From a virus (Duplodnaviria > Caudoviricetes): DNA of 64,000 nt. How positions within the stretch are numbered: the first letter of the stretch is position 1; every line of letters starts with the position of its first letter. The notes beneath the pieces were generated by a model. That model was not told the origin of the DNA. It ran no database searches and saw only the letters and a list, made by a program, of their open reading frames with translations. A program made the translations under genes and the position numbers. The stretch covers positions 13,575 to 77,574 of IMG/VR virus record IMGVR_UViG_3300047160_036126; one strand, given 5' to 3'. Positions 9,027-17,126 of the stretch are shown piece after piece.

Positions 9027-9232
9027 CACAGGACGGATTTCTCAAATCTCTCAGCGATAACAAGACCGCCGTAACCATTTATATTGTCAACGGTGTCAAA
9101 TTGATGGGCGTGATCGCGTGGCACGATCAATACACGATCGGCCTCTGCCGCGACGGCCGCACGCAGATGGTCTATAAACATGCAATCGCAACCGTGATGC
9201 CGAATGAACCGCCGCAAGTATCAGGACGCTGA
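9023..9232 (+). CDS. hfq: Hfq-like RNA chaperone (phage-encoded)
   Basis: QDGFL..., Sm1 VTIYIVNGVKLMGVI..HDQY, Sm2 QMVYKHAIATVMP. Confidence 0.92.
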   Translation: MTQDGFLKSLSDNKTAVTIYIVNGVKLMGVIAWHDQYTIGLCRDGRTQMVYKHAIATVMPNEPPQVSGR

Positions 9233-9333
9233 AGCCGATTTGCTTCTTTGGCGCATGCTTGGCTGTAATCTCCATGGCGAGCTGATAGAATGTTATGCTA
9301 GTATTACGGGATGGGATAACTCGGTAGCGACCA

Positions 9334-9846
9334 ATGCTGCTCACCGATCTGCTTTTGCTTCTTGCGATATTCATGGCAATTCGAGCGTGCCCGAAGAAAG
9401 GCCCCAAGCCGAAGAAAGAACGCCGCTGGCTTCGACGCAATAAGGCGCCACGCAAACGCGGTAGGTTTCACGCAGGACGCCCATCGCGATTTCCTCCCGA
9501 TTGGGCTTGGGCGCGCCAGCAGCAATATAATCGGATCATGCAAACTACCTCGGCGGAAGCCGCTGTATGCGCCGTCCTTCGGAATCTTGGCATACAATAC
9601 GAACGGGAACATATCGTAATGCGCCCAAATGGGCGGCCACTTTTTGTAGATGTGTGGGTGCCGTCGCTTCGGATTGGTATGGAACTGGACGGCTCTCACC
9701 ATCGAGACTGTCTAGACGTATATGATATTCCGCGTGATCAATGGATAGAAAAAGAAACAGGATTTAAAATTCTGCGCCAATGGAATAAATGGGCTACCGA
9801 TCCAGGATTGGAATATAGATTGAAATCCGTACTTAAATTGCTATAA
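9334..9846 (+). CDS. DUF559/Vsr-like PD-(D/E)xK endonuclease
   Basis: EAAVCAVL...YERE...FVDVWVPSLRIGMELDGSHH; start uncertain. Confidence 0.75.
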   Translation: MLLTDLLLLLAIFMAIRACPKKGPKPKKERRWLRRNKAPRKRGRFHAGRPSRFPPDWAWARQQQYNRIMQTTSAEAAVCAVLRNLGIQYEREHIVMRPNGRPLFVDVWVPSLRIGMELDGSHHRDCLDVYDIPRDQWIEKETGFKILRQWNKWATDPGLEYRLKSVLKLL

Positions 9847-9860
9847 ATGCGAAACGCCGG

Positions 9861-10556
9861 ATGCTTGAACATCGCGGCGTTTCTAAACCAATAACAGGGA
9901 TGGCTGCCATGGTTTCGTGCAGTGTAATATCACTACCAGATAATTTACAAAATAAGATTATGCCAGAACCAACGTCGGGTTGCTGGTTATGGATCGGGGC
10001 TAGAGATCCGAGAGGGTATGGCCGCAGGACGGCGCAGGATCATGGTGAGAGATTAGCACATAGAGCGGTGTACAAAATACTACGAGGGCCAATACCGCGC
10101 GGTCTATTTTTATGTCATACGTGTGACAATCCTCCTTGTGTAAATCCTTCGCATATGTTTGTCGGAACACAACTCGACAATATGAGGGACTGCTTTTCGA
10201 AAGGCCGAGGACAAGACTTGCGCGGAGAAGAAAAGTATTGTGCGGTGTTAACAGAGAAAGATGTGATTGAGATCCGCCTTTCTAAGGAAATAACTCGTGA
10301 TCTGGCAAAAAGGTATGGGGTAAATAAAGCGTCGATCACAAGTTGTCGGCTCGGAAATACATGGAAGCATCTTAACGAAAAGTATCCACCATTAAAATTT
10401 TTTGATATTCTGACGAATGAACAGAGATTTACGGCCTTTCACGATAAACGTCCTATTATGGAAATTGCGCGCGACTATGGAGTAGCCTACCAGAGTATTT
10501 GGCAGCTTAAGCGCAGGGGGCTTAAGCCTCGTGGTCGCCCGCCTAAACATCGATAG
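9861..10556 (+). CDS. HNH homing endonuclease (HNH_3) with C-terminal HTH repeats
   Basis: PEPTSGCWLWIGA, LCHTCDNPPCVNPSHMFVGTQLDN; start uncertain. Confidence 0.88.
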   Translation: MLEHRGVSKPITGMAAMVSCSVISLPDNLQNKIMPEPTSGCWLWIGARDPRGYGRRTAQDHGERLAHRAVYKILRGPIPRGLFLCHTCDNPPCVNPSHMFVGTQLDNMRDCFSKGRGQDLRGEEKYCAVLTEKDVIEIRLSKEITRDLAKRYGVNKASITSCRLGNTWKHLNEKYPPLKFFDILTNEQRFTAFHDKRPIMEIARDYGVAYQSIWQLKRRGLKPRGRPPKHR

Positions 10557-10669
10557 AGAACATCAGTAATGCTGAACCGCCTGTCGCCGCACCGGAAAGC
10601 CCCGACGTTCCCTTCGCCCAATCCTGAGCCTTCCTTGCGCCGCGCACAGGGGCTATAGGATGCGTCCTT

Positions 10670-10945
10670 ATGGCCTTCGAAGACGATGCACTGCGGCTCT
10701 TAAAACTGAATTCGGAGATTACCGAGCTGACCGTCAGGCTGTGGCTGCGGCTTGGGCGTATGACTGAAGAGGAGTGGGAAGCCGAGCGCCAGCGGCGATT
10801 GAGACGAATGAGGGTTGTTGAGCGAATGGAAAACGGAATAGTACTAAAAGGCGATGCCCCGATAATGGCCGATATGATCGATGAGGCTTTGCAGGCCAGG
10901 GAAAAATACAAACGAATGCTTGAAGGAGACCGCGATGCGCCGTGA
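10670..10945 (+). CDS. Hypothetical protein
   Basis: Helical ORF coupled to the next gene. Confidence 0.5.
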   Translation: MAFEDDALRLLKLNSEITELTVRLWLRLGRMTEEEWEAERQRRLRRMRVVERMENGIVLKGDAPIMADMIDEALQAREKYKRMLEGDRDAP

Positions 10946-11423
10946 TCCGGCCAGGGCCGTGAAGCTGCTCGACCTCATGTTGGAATTCTTTGGCGAGGAC
11001 GGTCACAGGTGGGCGCGCGGCTGGCATGATCCAAGGACAGGGGCCAGGTGCCTTGTGGGAGCAATGAACCATCTTCGGAGCCGCCACAGGATTTGTCGGG
11101 ATGGTGCTGGTCGGTATCTTGACGATGCGTTGCCCGCCCGGTGGCGCGGCTTAATAAAGTTCAATGATGAACACGAGGGCGGCTGGTTTGAAGTGCTGAT
11201 GGTTCTGGCAAAAGCGCGGCAACTCGCTTTATGCGAGCTTAGCGGCACACCGAAGCCAGTAAAGGCGCACCAGCCACGCCGTGAGGCGTCATTGAGGGCC
11301 CGAATAGACCTCTTGAGCCAAATCTATGAAGACCGCTGCTCGCCAAGGGTGCGCTGGATAACCAAGGATACCTATATCCTTTGCCCCAATGAGCCGGTCG
11401 AGGCGCTCCCAATGGCGGCCTAG
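10935..11423 (+). CDS. Hypothetical protein (DUF6197-like)
   Basis: GAAGGAG RBS before ATG 10935; RWARG...RCLVGAM motif. Confidence 0.55.
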   Translation: MRRDPARAVKLLDLMLEFFGEDGHRWARGWHDPRTGARCLVGAMNHLRSRHRICRDGAGRYLDDALPARWRGLIKFNDEHEGGWFEVLMVLAKARQLALCELSGTPKPVKAHQPRREASLRARIDLLSQIYEDRCSPRVRWITKDTYILCPNEPVEALPMAA

Positions 11424-11720
11424 CCGGGCTTTAACTGCTCTGCCAGCGCCCAAATGGCCTCGGCTATCGTCGGAGCCTGCGCACGTGCTAGCGGTTCATC
11501 CACGGCCTTCTGACGCAGATCGGTGGCCTCTGCAACGGTGATGCTGCCTGTGCGGCCCTGCAAGGCCTTCTGATAGCGTTCGTCGATGATCCTGGCGTAG
11601 GGCGCGGGATAGGCACGGGCGATGATCTCGCGCCCGGTTGCTATAAGTTCGATACGGGCAAGCTGGTGGCGGTCGATCAAGGCGCTTGAGCTGGGTTTCG
11701 GGGGTGGCTGGCTTTGGCAT
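11420..11720 (-). pseudogene. Hypothetical protein, probably split by a +1 frameshift
   Basis: MPKPATPETQLKRL (ATG 11720) reads on naturally into IDRHQLARIELI... in the adjacent frame near 11680. Confidence 0.4.
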
Positions 11721-11723
11721 GGA

Positions 11724-11927
11724 TCACCACGGGATGGGCCGTCCATCATCACCCCTACGCCACGGAATAACCCTGCCGTCCTTATCGAGCCTACGGGTGC
11801 CGTATTGTTCGAGGGGCAAGGATAGGTTTGAGTGGATTTCGCACAGCTTGTTTTCCGCTCGCATGGCGACTTCCCAGCCGCAGATGATACACTCGCGCTG
11901 GATATCTTGGTTTGCTGGGTTTGGCAT
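11724..11927 (-). CDS. Small Cys/His-containing hypothetical protein
   Basis: CIICG...CEIH. Confidence 0.5.
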   Translation of the reverse strand: MPNPANQDIQRECIICGWEVAMRAENKLCEIHSNLSLPLEQYGTRRLDKDGRVIPWRRGDDGRPIPW

Positions 11928-12043
11928 TCAGGCATCATACTAAAAAGCCGCGGATATGCACAACCCTGCCAGCGCGTTTTCTTTCATCAAGCGCAGTATC
12001 TGTTTTGCTCATCTTGGCTTCCCCTCATCGTCCACCAAATATG

Positions 12044-12280
12044 TCATTTAATCTGCTTAATTTCCTTCAGGATAGCCGCGAAGCCTTCGGCAGCCAGCCT
12101 TAGATCCATGGCCGAGCCGTAGGTGATGCAAAGCTTGTCGGGTTCGGCCCACGGCCCCTTGAGGCTTCCTTCGGAATTACTGCGCAACTCGCGCGTGCCG
12201 AGGGCCCGCTCCAAAACGTCGAACCTGGTGCTCAATTCGTTTTTCAGTCGCGCCGCGTGGTCTTTTCGGATGACGGGCAT
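12044..12280 (-). CDS. Hypothetical protein
   Basis: GGAGG-like RBS, in operon. Confidence 0.55.
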   Translation of the reverse strand: MPVIRKDHAARLKNELSTRFDVLERALGTRELRSNSEGSLKGPWAEPDKLCITYGSAMDLRLAAEGFAAILKEIKQIK

Positions 12281-12648
12281 AGAGCCTCCCTAAATTTTCT
12301 TGCGGCATAGCGCACATTGTGAGCGTAACGGCGCGCGCGGATGAGGTTGAAGGCGGTCCTTGGCCGTTTCTGGCGCCGGCGAAGCTCGCGCACCGTCATC
12401 GGCCTTTCGGGAATTGCCGCATGCCGCACGCGCGCGTTTGCCGCGTCGACGTCTTCTGGCATCTGGGCAGGGGCAATGCGCAATCCGGCAAGCTCGTGGC
12501 CGCGGACGATGGCCTCGTCGAGGTCTTCAAGGATGTCGATGCTCTTACCTGCGCGCACCTCATATTCTCCCGGCCGCATACTGAGGTGCACGCCCTTAAG
12601 GGCGAGGTCGCGTTGTGCGGCGGTGAAGCGCTCGGCGGCCGAGGTCAT
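12244..12648 (-). CDS. Hypothetical protein
   Basis: ATG 12648 overlaps the upstream TGA. Confidence 0.5.
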   Translation of the reverse strand: MTSAAERFTAAQRDLALKGVHLSMRPGEYEVRAGKSIDILEDLDEAIVRGHELAGLRIAPAQMPEDVDAANARVRHAAIPERPMTVRELRRRQKRPRTAFNLIRARRYAHNVRYAARKFREALCPSSEKTTRRD

Positions 12649-13019
12649 CCGGCAACCCCCGGCACGGCGAACAAGGCATTTCGACATGCCGTCCCGATAG
12701 ATCGCAGGACGGCCGGGGACGCTTTGCTGGCGGACAAGTAGCCTGATGCGTCGGACGTGGTGGAAGTCCCTTCTGCAGTATCGTCGGCGTGCAGGACGCC
12801 AGCGATGATCGTAGTGCTGCCGTTGTCGGATTTGGGATCGGGTATCCGGGTGGCACTGAAAACTATATCGACGTTGCCATTGCGGTCGGGCCTCTCGTCA
12901 CATTGCAAGCGCGCCGGAAGGCCATGCGCTCCCAGCTCTCCATGTTCTTCTTGGGCCAGCGCCTGAAAGCTGATTAAAGCCGCGGCAAATACGATTGCGA
13001 CCTGAGAAAGTTTATCCAC
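12645..13019 (-). CDS. Secreted hypothetical protein
   Basis: Signal peptide-like N-terminus ending ALA-Q; two Cys. Confidence 0.6.
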   Translation of the reverse strand: MDKLSQVAIVFAAALISFQALAQEEHGELGAHGLPARLQCDERPDRNGNVDIVFSATRIPDPKSDNGSTTIIAGVLHADDTAEGTSTTSDASGYLSASKASPAVLRSIGTACRNALFAVPGVAG

Positions 13020-13060
13020 TTATAGCTCCATTCTGCTATAGGGCGGGTTTAGTCATGCTG

Positions 13061-13351
13061 TCACCCTGCCGGACTTGCACCGGCTCGGCTCGCTACAGCG
13101 AACCGTCTTTCGACTTTGCGGTCTAGTCTCGTGATGACATGAGGGTGATTTCGCGGTGTCTGTTTGACTAATCTTCCACCTCTTCGCTCTCTGGCAGAGT
13201 TAATCAAATCTCTACATCTTTGACACGATTTGTAATCGCCTGCCCAGCCCGAACATCGTGAGCATCTGTTACCACCCATTTCTTTAGGCGCTTCCGTTTT
13301 CTTTTCAGGTGCAGGTAAGCTTTTTAAGTTTTGTCGATAGATGTGTGGCAT
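13061..13351 (-). CDS. Zn-finger hypothetical protein
   Basis: CSRCS...CQRC. Confidence 0.55.
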   Translation of the reverse strand: MPHIYRQNLKSLPAPEKKTEAPKEMGGNRCSRCSGWAGDYKSCQRCRDLINSARERRGGRLVKQTPRNHPHVITRLDRKVERRFAVASRAGASPAG

Positions 13352-13357
13352 TATCAG

Positions 13358-13579
13358 TTATTCTGCAAATTCCAAACAGTCGTAATGAAGCCGATCGTCC
13401 TGCTTCCTTCCAGGCCAGCGGACACGCACTATCTCGGATTTGCTCTGCGGTTGTCGATTGACTACTCCTATTTCCTCGCCCCAGAGCGATAACAATGGTC
13501 GTTGTTTGCGTCCTTGTGGCGACAGCCGAACCTTATCTCTGATCCTGAACGGGTTTTCGGTTTCTTGTTTGTCGGTCAC
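13358..13579 (-). CDS. Small hypothetical protein (SH3/KOW-like)
   Basis: GTG 13579 overlaps the upstream stop; FRIRDKVRL...GVV...VRVRW. Confidence 0.55.
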   Translation of the reverse strand: MTDKQETENPFRIRDKVRLSPQGRKQRPLLSLWGEEIGVVNRQPQSKSEIVRVRWPGRKQDDRLHYDCLEFAE

Positions 13580-13950
13580 GCCGCCTCCATCAATTCGCGC
13601 GCGCGGACTTTGCTCGACTCCGGCATCTCCCAGCATTCGCCCCAATGGGTTTTGATCTCGATGCCGAACGGCTTGAGTTTTTTGCGCATCTTGCAAATCC
13701 ATACGTCGAGGATCTTCTCACCCGGCGGCTCGTCGGCCTCGGTGCTGTACATTGCCGCAATGAAGGCTTCGACTCTTGGCGCCCGATTGTTAAGCAAAAC
13801 GTTGAACATTTCTGCTTCGCTGCGAGTGAGGTTGAAATAGGGCGGCGGCATATCCGCTCCCTTAAGAGCCTTCTTAAGCAGGCGGATCTCTTCACGCAGC
13901 GTCTCGTTCTCGACGTCAAGAACTTCTGCCCTCGCCTTCCAGTCGATCAT
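13576..13950 (-). CDS. Receiver-less CtrA-like OmpR winged-helix protein with an N-terminal coiled coil
   Basis: DEPPGEKILDVWICKMRKKL...IKTHWG closely matches CtrA DEPELKIIDVFICKLRKKL...IETVWG; no receiver domain. Confidence 0.82.
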   Translation of the reverse strand: MIDWKARAEVLDVENETLREEIRLLKKALKGADMPPPYFNLTRSEAEMFNVLLNNRAPRVEAFIAAMYSTEADEPPGEKILDVWICKMRKKLKPFGIEIKTHWGECWEMPESSKVRARELMEAA

Positions 13951-14774
13951 GCGGCCATCCTGTTACCGGCACGGACCCAGCCTTGGGCGACGGCTTTCCA
14001 CAATTGCATGCGGTGATCGACATCGGAATGGGCGGCGACTTGACGCCGCCATTGGTCGATCGATTTGCTGCGCACGACCGTGACGAGATCGGCGGCGGAA
14101 TGCGCCCAGCCGAATTTGGCGTCGAACAAGACGGCCGCACTGGCAAGGATTTCATGCACGACGACCGGCGCCCGCTTGGCAGATACCAGCACCTTTAAGG
14201 CCTTGGTCGCCTTTTCCTCACCCAGGCGCCCAACCAGGCGCACGATAGCGCCGGCGGCCATGGTATCTCCAACTTCCCATTCTGGCGCCTGAACCTTCGC
14301 AATGGTTACGCCGGCCGCCTGGGCAACCTTCCGGGTGAGAAGGGCCGCCTCATCGCCGGCGACGATTTTGGCATGGAAGATTTGAAGGGCGTTCATCGTG
14401 AGACGGTGGGTATTCTGCTCGATGAAGGCCCGCGCGCGCTGCTTCAATTCGGCAGCTTTCACCACCATCACCGGGATTTTGTCGATGTCGCCGCGGCTCG
14501 CGGCTGCAATAGCGGTGTGCTGTCCGTCTATCACGCATAGCTTGCCATCCGTACCCTCTGCACAGATCGGCGGCTTGATATGTAGCCAGTCAAAATTTTT
14601 GGCAATCTCGCGAATAAGCTTGATCGATCGCTTCGTGAGATCCCGCTGATATTCGCCTTCGATGAAAAGCTCTTTTGGGTCGATCCATTTGAAGGAAGGC
14701 TGTTCGGGGGAGACTGTTTCGAGCTTCAGGCTGGGAAGGGGGATCGGCTTAACGAGACGAAGCTTTGCTGACAT
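13947..14774 (-). CDS. ParB-like N-terminal domain protein (DUF6551-like)
   Basis: EYQRDL, CVIDGQHT. Confidence 0.7.
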   Translation of the reverse strand: MSAKLRLVKPIPLPSLKLETVSPEQPSFKWIDPKELFIEGEYQRDLTKRSIKLIREIAKNFDWLHIKPPICAEGTDGKLCVIDGQHTAIAAASRGDIDKIPVMVVKAAELKQRARAFIEQNTHRLTMNALQIFHAKIVAGDEAALLTRKVAQAAGVTIAKVQAPEWEVGDTMAAGAIVRLVGRLGEEKATKALKVLVSAKRAPVVVHEILASAAVLFDAKFGWAHSAADLVTVVRSKSIDQWRRQVAAHSDVDHRMQLWKAVAQGWVRAGNRMAA

Positions 14775-14794
14775 GCGCCCTCCCGGTTGTTGAT

Positions 14795-15016
14795 TTAGAG
14801 GGCTGTTCGGTCATGCCTGCACCGTTTGGGTTGTTTGTCGTCGGGTTGGAAAATCAACACGGAACCGTCAGACCGTTCCAGTCTAGCCTCCACGATAAGG
14901 CGGCCCGCCTGCTCGACGCAGGCATCGCAAATATAACAGGACGGTCCGGCGATAAAAAGAAACCGCTCGCTGGCGTAGGCGCCGCAGAATGAACAACTGA
15001 GATTCTTGTTGCTCAT
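14795..15016 (-). CDS. Stand-alone ClpX C4-type zinc-binding domain
   Basis: LSCSFCG...FIAGPSCYICDACVE versus ClpX LYCSFCG...LIAGP.V.IC.ECVE; no ATPase domain. Confidence 0.85.
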   Translation of the reverse strand: MSNKNLSCSFCGAYASERFLFIAGPSCYICDACVEQAGRLIVEARLERSDGSVLIFQPDDKQPKRCRHDRTAL

Positions 15017-15471
15017 GCTGCCGGCCTCTGGTCAGAAAGTTGCGGGAGCATCTTAGAATTTATAGCGCGGTCGAGGACAGTCTCGCCGGTTGGCAAAAGC
15101 ATTTGACCAAGGAACGCGCCCTCGAAACTTAGGATGCCACTCTCGATTGCCATCACCTGGCCCTTGATCCAATCGCGCAGGATCGAGTAAACGGCCTTTC
15201 CGCCAATGTCCAAGGCACGCTGCTCCCATTCGGCGCGGGAAGCGCGACGGCGATGACTATAAGGATTTTCTTTCAACCAAGCGGCTGCGTAACCCTTTGC
15301 AGAAGCGCGGACGCAGATCGGAATATTGCGGAAGGTGAATTGGACGATAAGTTCGCCCTTCTCGAAATCCTGCATATGACCAAAATTCTGGACGCCAAAG
15401 CGCTGCAAAATCCTTTGCACCTCGTCCATTGCTTTCGCGCCGGTAGTGGCATCCTGATACGGCAGGCTCAT
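15013..15471 (-). CDS. Conserved hypothetical phage protein
   Basis: ILRDWIKGQVMAIESGILSFEGAFL; coupled ORF. Confidence 0.65.
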   Translation of the reverse strand: MSLPYQDATTGAKAMDEVQRILQRFGVQNFGHMQDFEKGELIVQFTFRNIPICVRASAKGYAAAWLKENPYSHRRRASRAEWEQRALDIGGKAVYSILRDWIKGQVMAIESGILSFEGAFLGQMLLPTGETVLDRAINSKMLPQLSDQRPAA

Positions 15472-15641
15472 GCGCGCCTCTCTGCTGTGCGCTGTGGCTT
15501 GGTTCGCGAATTGTATGAGATCGGAAGATCAAGAATCTTTCGCTCTACAATCACGGACATGCTTAAGCCTGTCTCCTTGCGGATATGCTTAAGCCTAGGC
15601 AGAACTTTCTCTGATAAAAAGAATGTGTGATTTTTCTTCAT
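15468..15641 (-). CDS. Ribbon-helix-helix (CopG/Arc-like) regulator, not in the ORF track
   Basis: Manual translation MKKNHTFFLSEKVLPRLKHIRKETGLSMSVIVERKIL... (57 aa); strand-helix-G-helix pattern; ATGA-coupled to the next gene. Confidence 0.65.
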   Translation of the reverse strand: MKKNHTFFLSEKVLPRLKHIRKETGLSMSVIVERKILDLPISYNSRTKPQRTAERRA

Positions 15642-15654
15642 TGAGAGATTGTAT

Positions 15655-15678
15655 GAATAATAATTATTCAGTTGTCAA
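15655..15678 (-). promoter_or_regulatory. Leftward promoter 2 with a palindromic operator
   Basis: Palindrome GAATAAT-A-ATTATTC (15655-15669) beside minus-strand TTGACA (15678-15673). Confidence 0.45.
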
Positions 15679-16114
15679 TAAGCGGGTTCCTTGTTTGACG
15701 CGCCGCAGGCAAGTCAATAAAGGAGACGTTCCTCGTCTCGACGAGATTACGTGACCACGCAAAGCGGCGTGGTCAAACCCTGCAACCGCGGAGCGGCGCG
15801 CAGCCATGGGCGAGCGGGGTTGACCGCAATAGCCGTGCCGCGTGGTATTGAGCAATAATGTTTCGTTCCGTTGCCGATATAAATAAGCGATTATTATTTA
15901 AGCGTTGGACATGCTATATTTGGTCGCAGACAGGGCCGATTCTCGGTTTTGTCTATTCACCGCAAGGTGGGCGGGTTTGGGTGTTGCAACGCCTCGATCC
16001 TGCTCCTCGAAAGGGGATCGGCCCGCTACCTTCGCATCTTTCGAGGTCTCTCCTTTGGCTTTGTATTCAAAACGATTGCAAAAAAAATGGCCCCATTTGA
16101 GGTTCTGGGAAGAG

Positions 16115-16474
16115 ATGTACGCGCTTGGGTGGCGAACGGAAGTTGGTTATGGACCAGCTATATATCAAGAGGACATACCGTCGGCCGCGGGGGTTTATCT
16201 TTTTGGATTAATCGACATATCTTTCGGTAAACGGCTTAAGCCGGTTCGGGTGGCATACGTAGGAAAGTCGCGTAACTTGGCGCGCCGCCATATTGACCAT
16301 CCAATGCTCAGGTTTATTAGGCGAGATGTCGGCCTGTGGTGGTCCATAGACCTGTGGTTTAAGAGACTGGATGAGGGAGAAATTACTTCGGAAGAGATTC
16401 GGCTGATCCAGGCATTCAATCCGCCTTATAACATACAACACAGACTGCGCGGATTTCATGGACAGGCTATTTAG
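16115..16474 (+). CDS. GIY-YIG endonuclease
   Basis: GVYLF...AYVGKSRNLARR...E..LI..FNPPYN; start uncertain (ORF open from 15905). Confidence 0.8.
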   Translation: MYALGWRTEVGYGPAIYQEDIPSAAGVYLFGLIDISFGKRLKPVRVAYVGKSRNLARRHIDHPMLRFIRRDVGLWWSIDLWFKRLDEGEITSEEIRLIQAFNPPYNIQHRLRGFHGQAI

Positions 16475-17126
16475 GATTGATTTCTATCCGCAGGATTGGC
16501 TCGTCAAAACTGGGGGTCTCACGCCCGAACAGTGTGGTGTTTACATTCAGGTCGTTTCGCTGATTTATGCTTCGCGTGGTCCTGTTGAATTTGATCCCGC
16601 TCGTATATCGAGACTCGTCCAGGGCTGTACGGTGCGAAGGGCAAAACGAGTGTTAGATGAGTTAATTGCTTTAAAAAAGTTACATGTGTTTGAGGGATTT
16701 TTGAGCAATAATCGGTGCGAAATTGAGTTGAAAGTAAAGAAAAACCAATTGGAATCTAACCGAAAAGGTGGGGAAAATTCGGCAAAAAAGAGGTGGGGTG
16801 CTAATGAAAACAGAGGCATAGTTGTAAGTCACTTAGAAAGTGACTTAATAACCCCGTCCCCGTCCCCGTCCCCGTCCCCGTCCCCGAAAGAATACTTCTT
16901 TGAAGGTAAAATAATAAAGTTGACGGAAAAGGATTTTAATCAATGGCGATCGTCTTACCCGAACATTCGAGATTTGCGGGCTACGCTGCAGCGGCTTGAC
17001 GATGGTGCCGCGCGGAAATGGGGAAAGGGTTGGTGGCATCCGTGTTCTTCGACTTTGGCCAAAATTAACGCGGAAGAGAAAACAACAGCACGGGCGCCGC
17101 TGCACCCAGGGGCGATTACGATATGA
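16458..17126 (+). CDS. DUF1376/YdaU-family phage replication initiator
   Basis: FYPQDWL...LTPEQCGVY..., LSNNRCE; PSPSPSP linker; directly upstream of the helicase. Confidence 0.82.
   Translation: MDRLFRIDFYPQDWLVKTGGLTPEQCGVYIQVVSLIYASRGPVEFDPARISRLVQGCTVRRAKRVLDELIALKKLHVFEGFLSNNRCEIELKVKKNQLESNRKGGENSAKKRWGANENRGIVVSHLESDLITPSPSPSPSPSPKEYFFEGKIIKLTEKDFNQWRSSYPNIRDLRATLQRLDDGAARKWGKGWWHPCSSTLAKINAEEKTTARAPLHPGAITI
16825..16886. repeat. Inverted repeat plus (CCCCGT)5 tract inside the initiator gene; candidate lytic origin
   Basis: TAAGTCACTT-AGA-AAGTGACTTA (16825-16847); CCCCGT x5 (16852-16881). Confidence 0.5.

Noticed and set aside
13947-14774. ParABS partition system (with 61527-63299)
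   Set aside because: No ParA ATPase or parS array seen; both proteins belong to ParB-like families often found without ParA
15559-15596. Direct repeat ATGCTTAAGCCT x2 as an operator
   Set aside because: Lies inside the RHH coding sequence, only two copies; cannot be separated from chance or a small duplication
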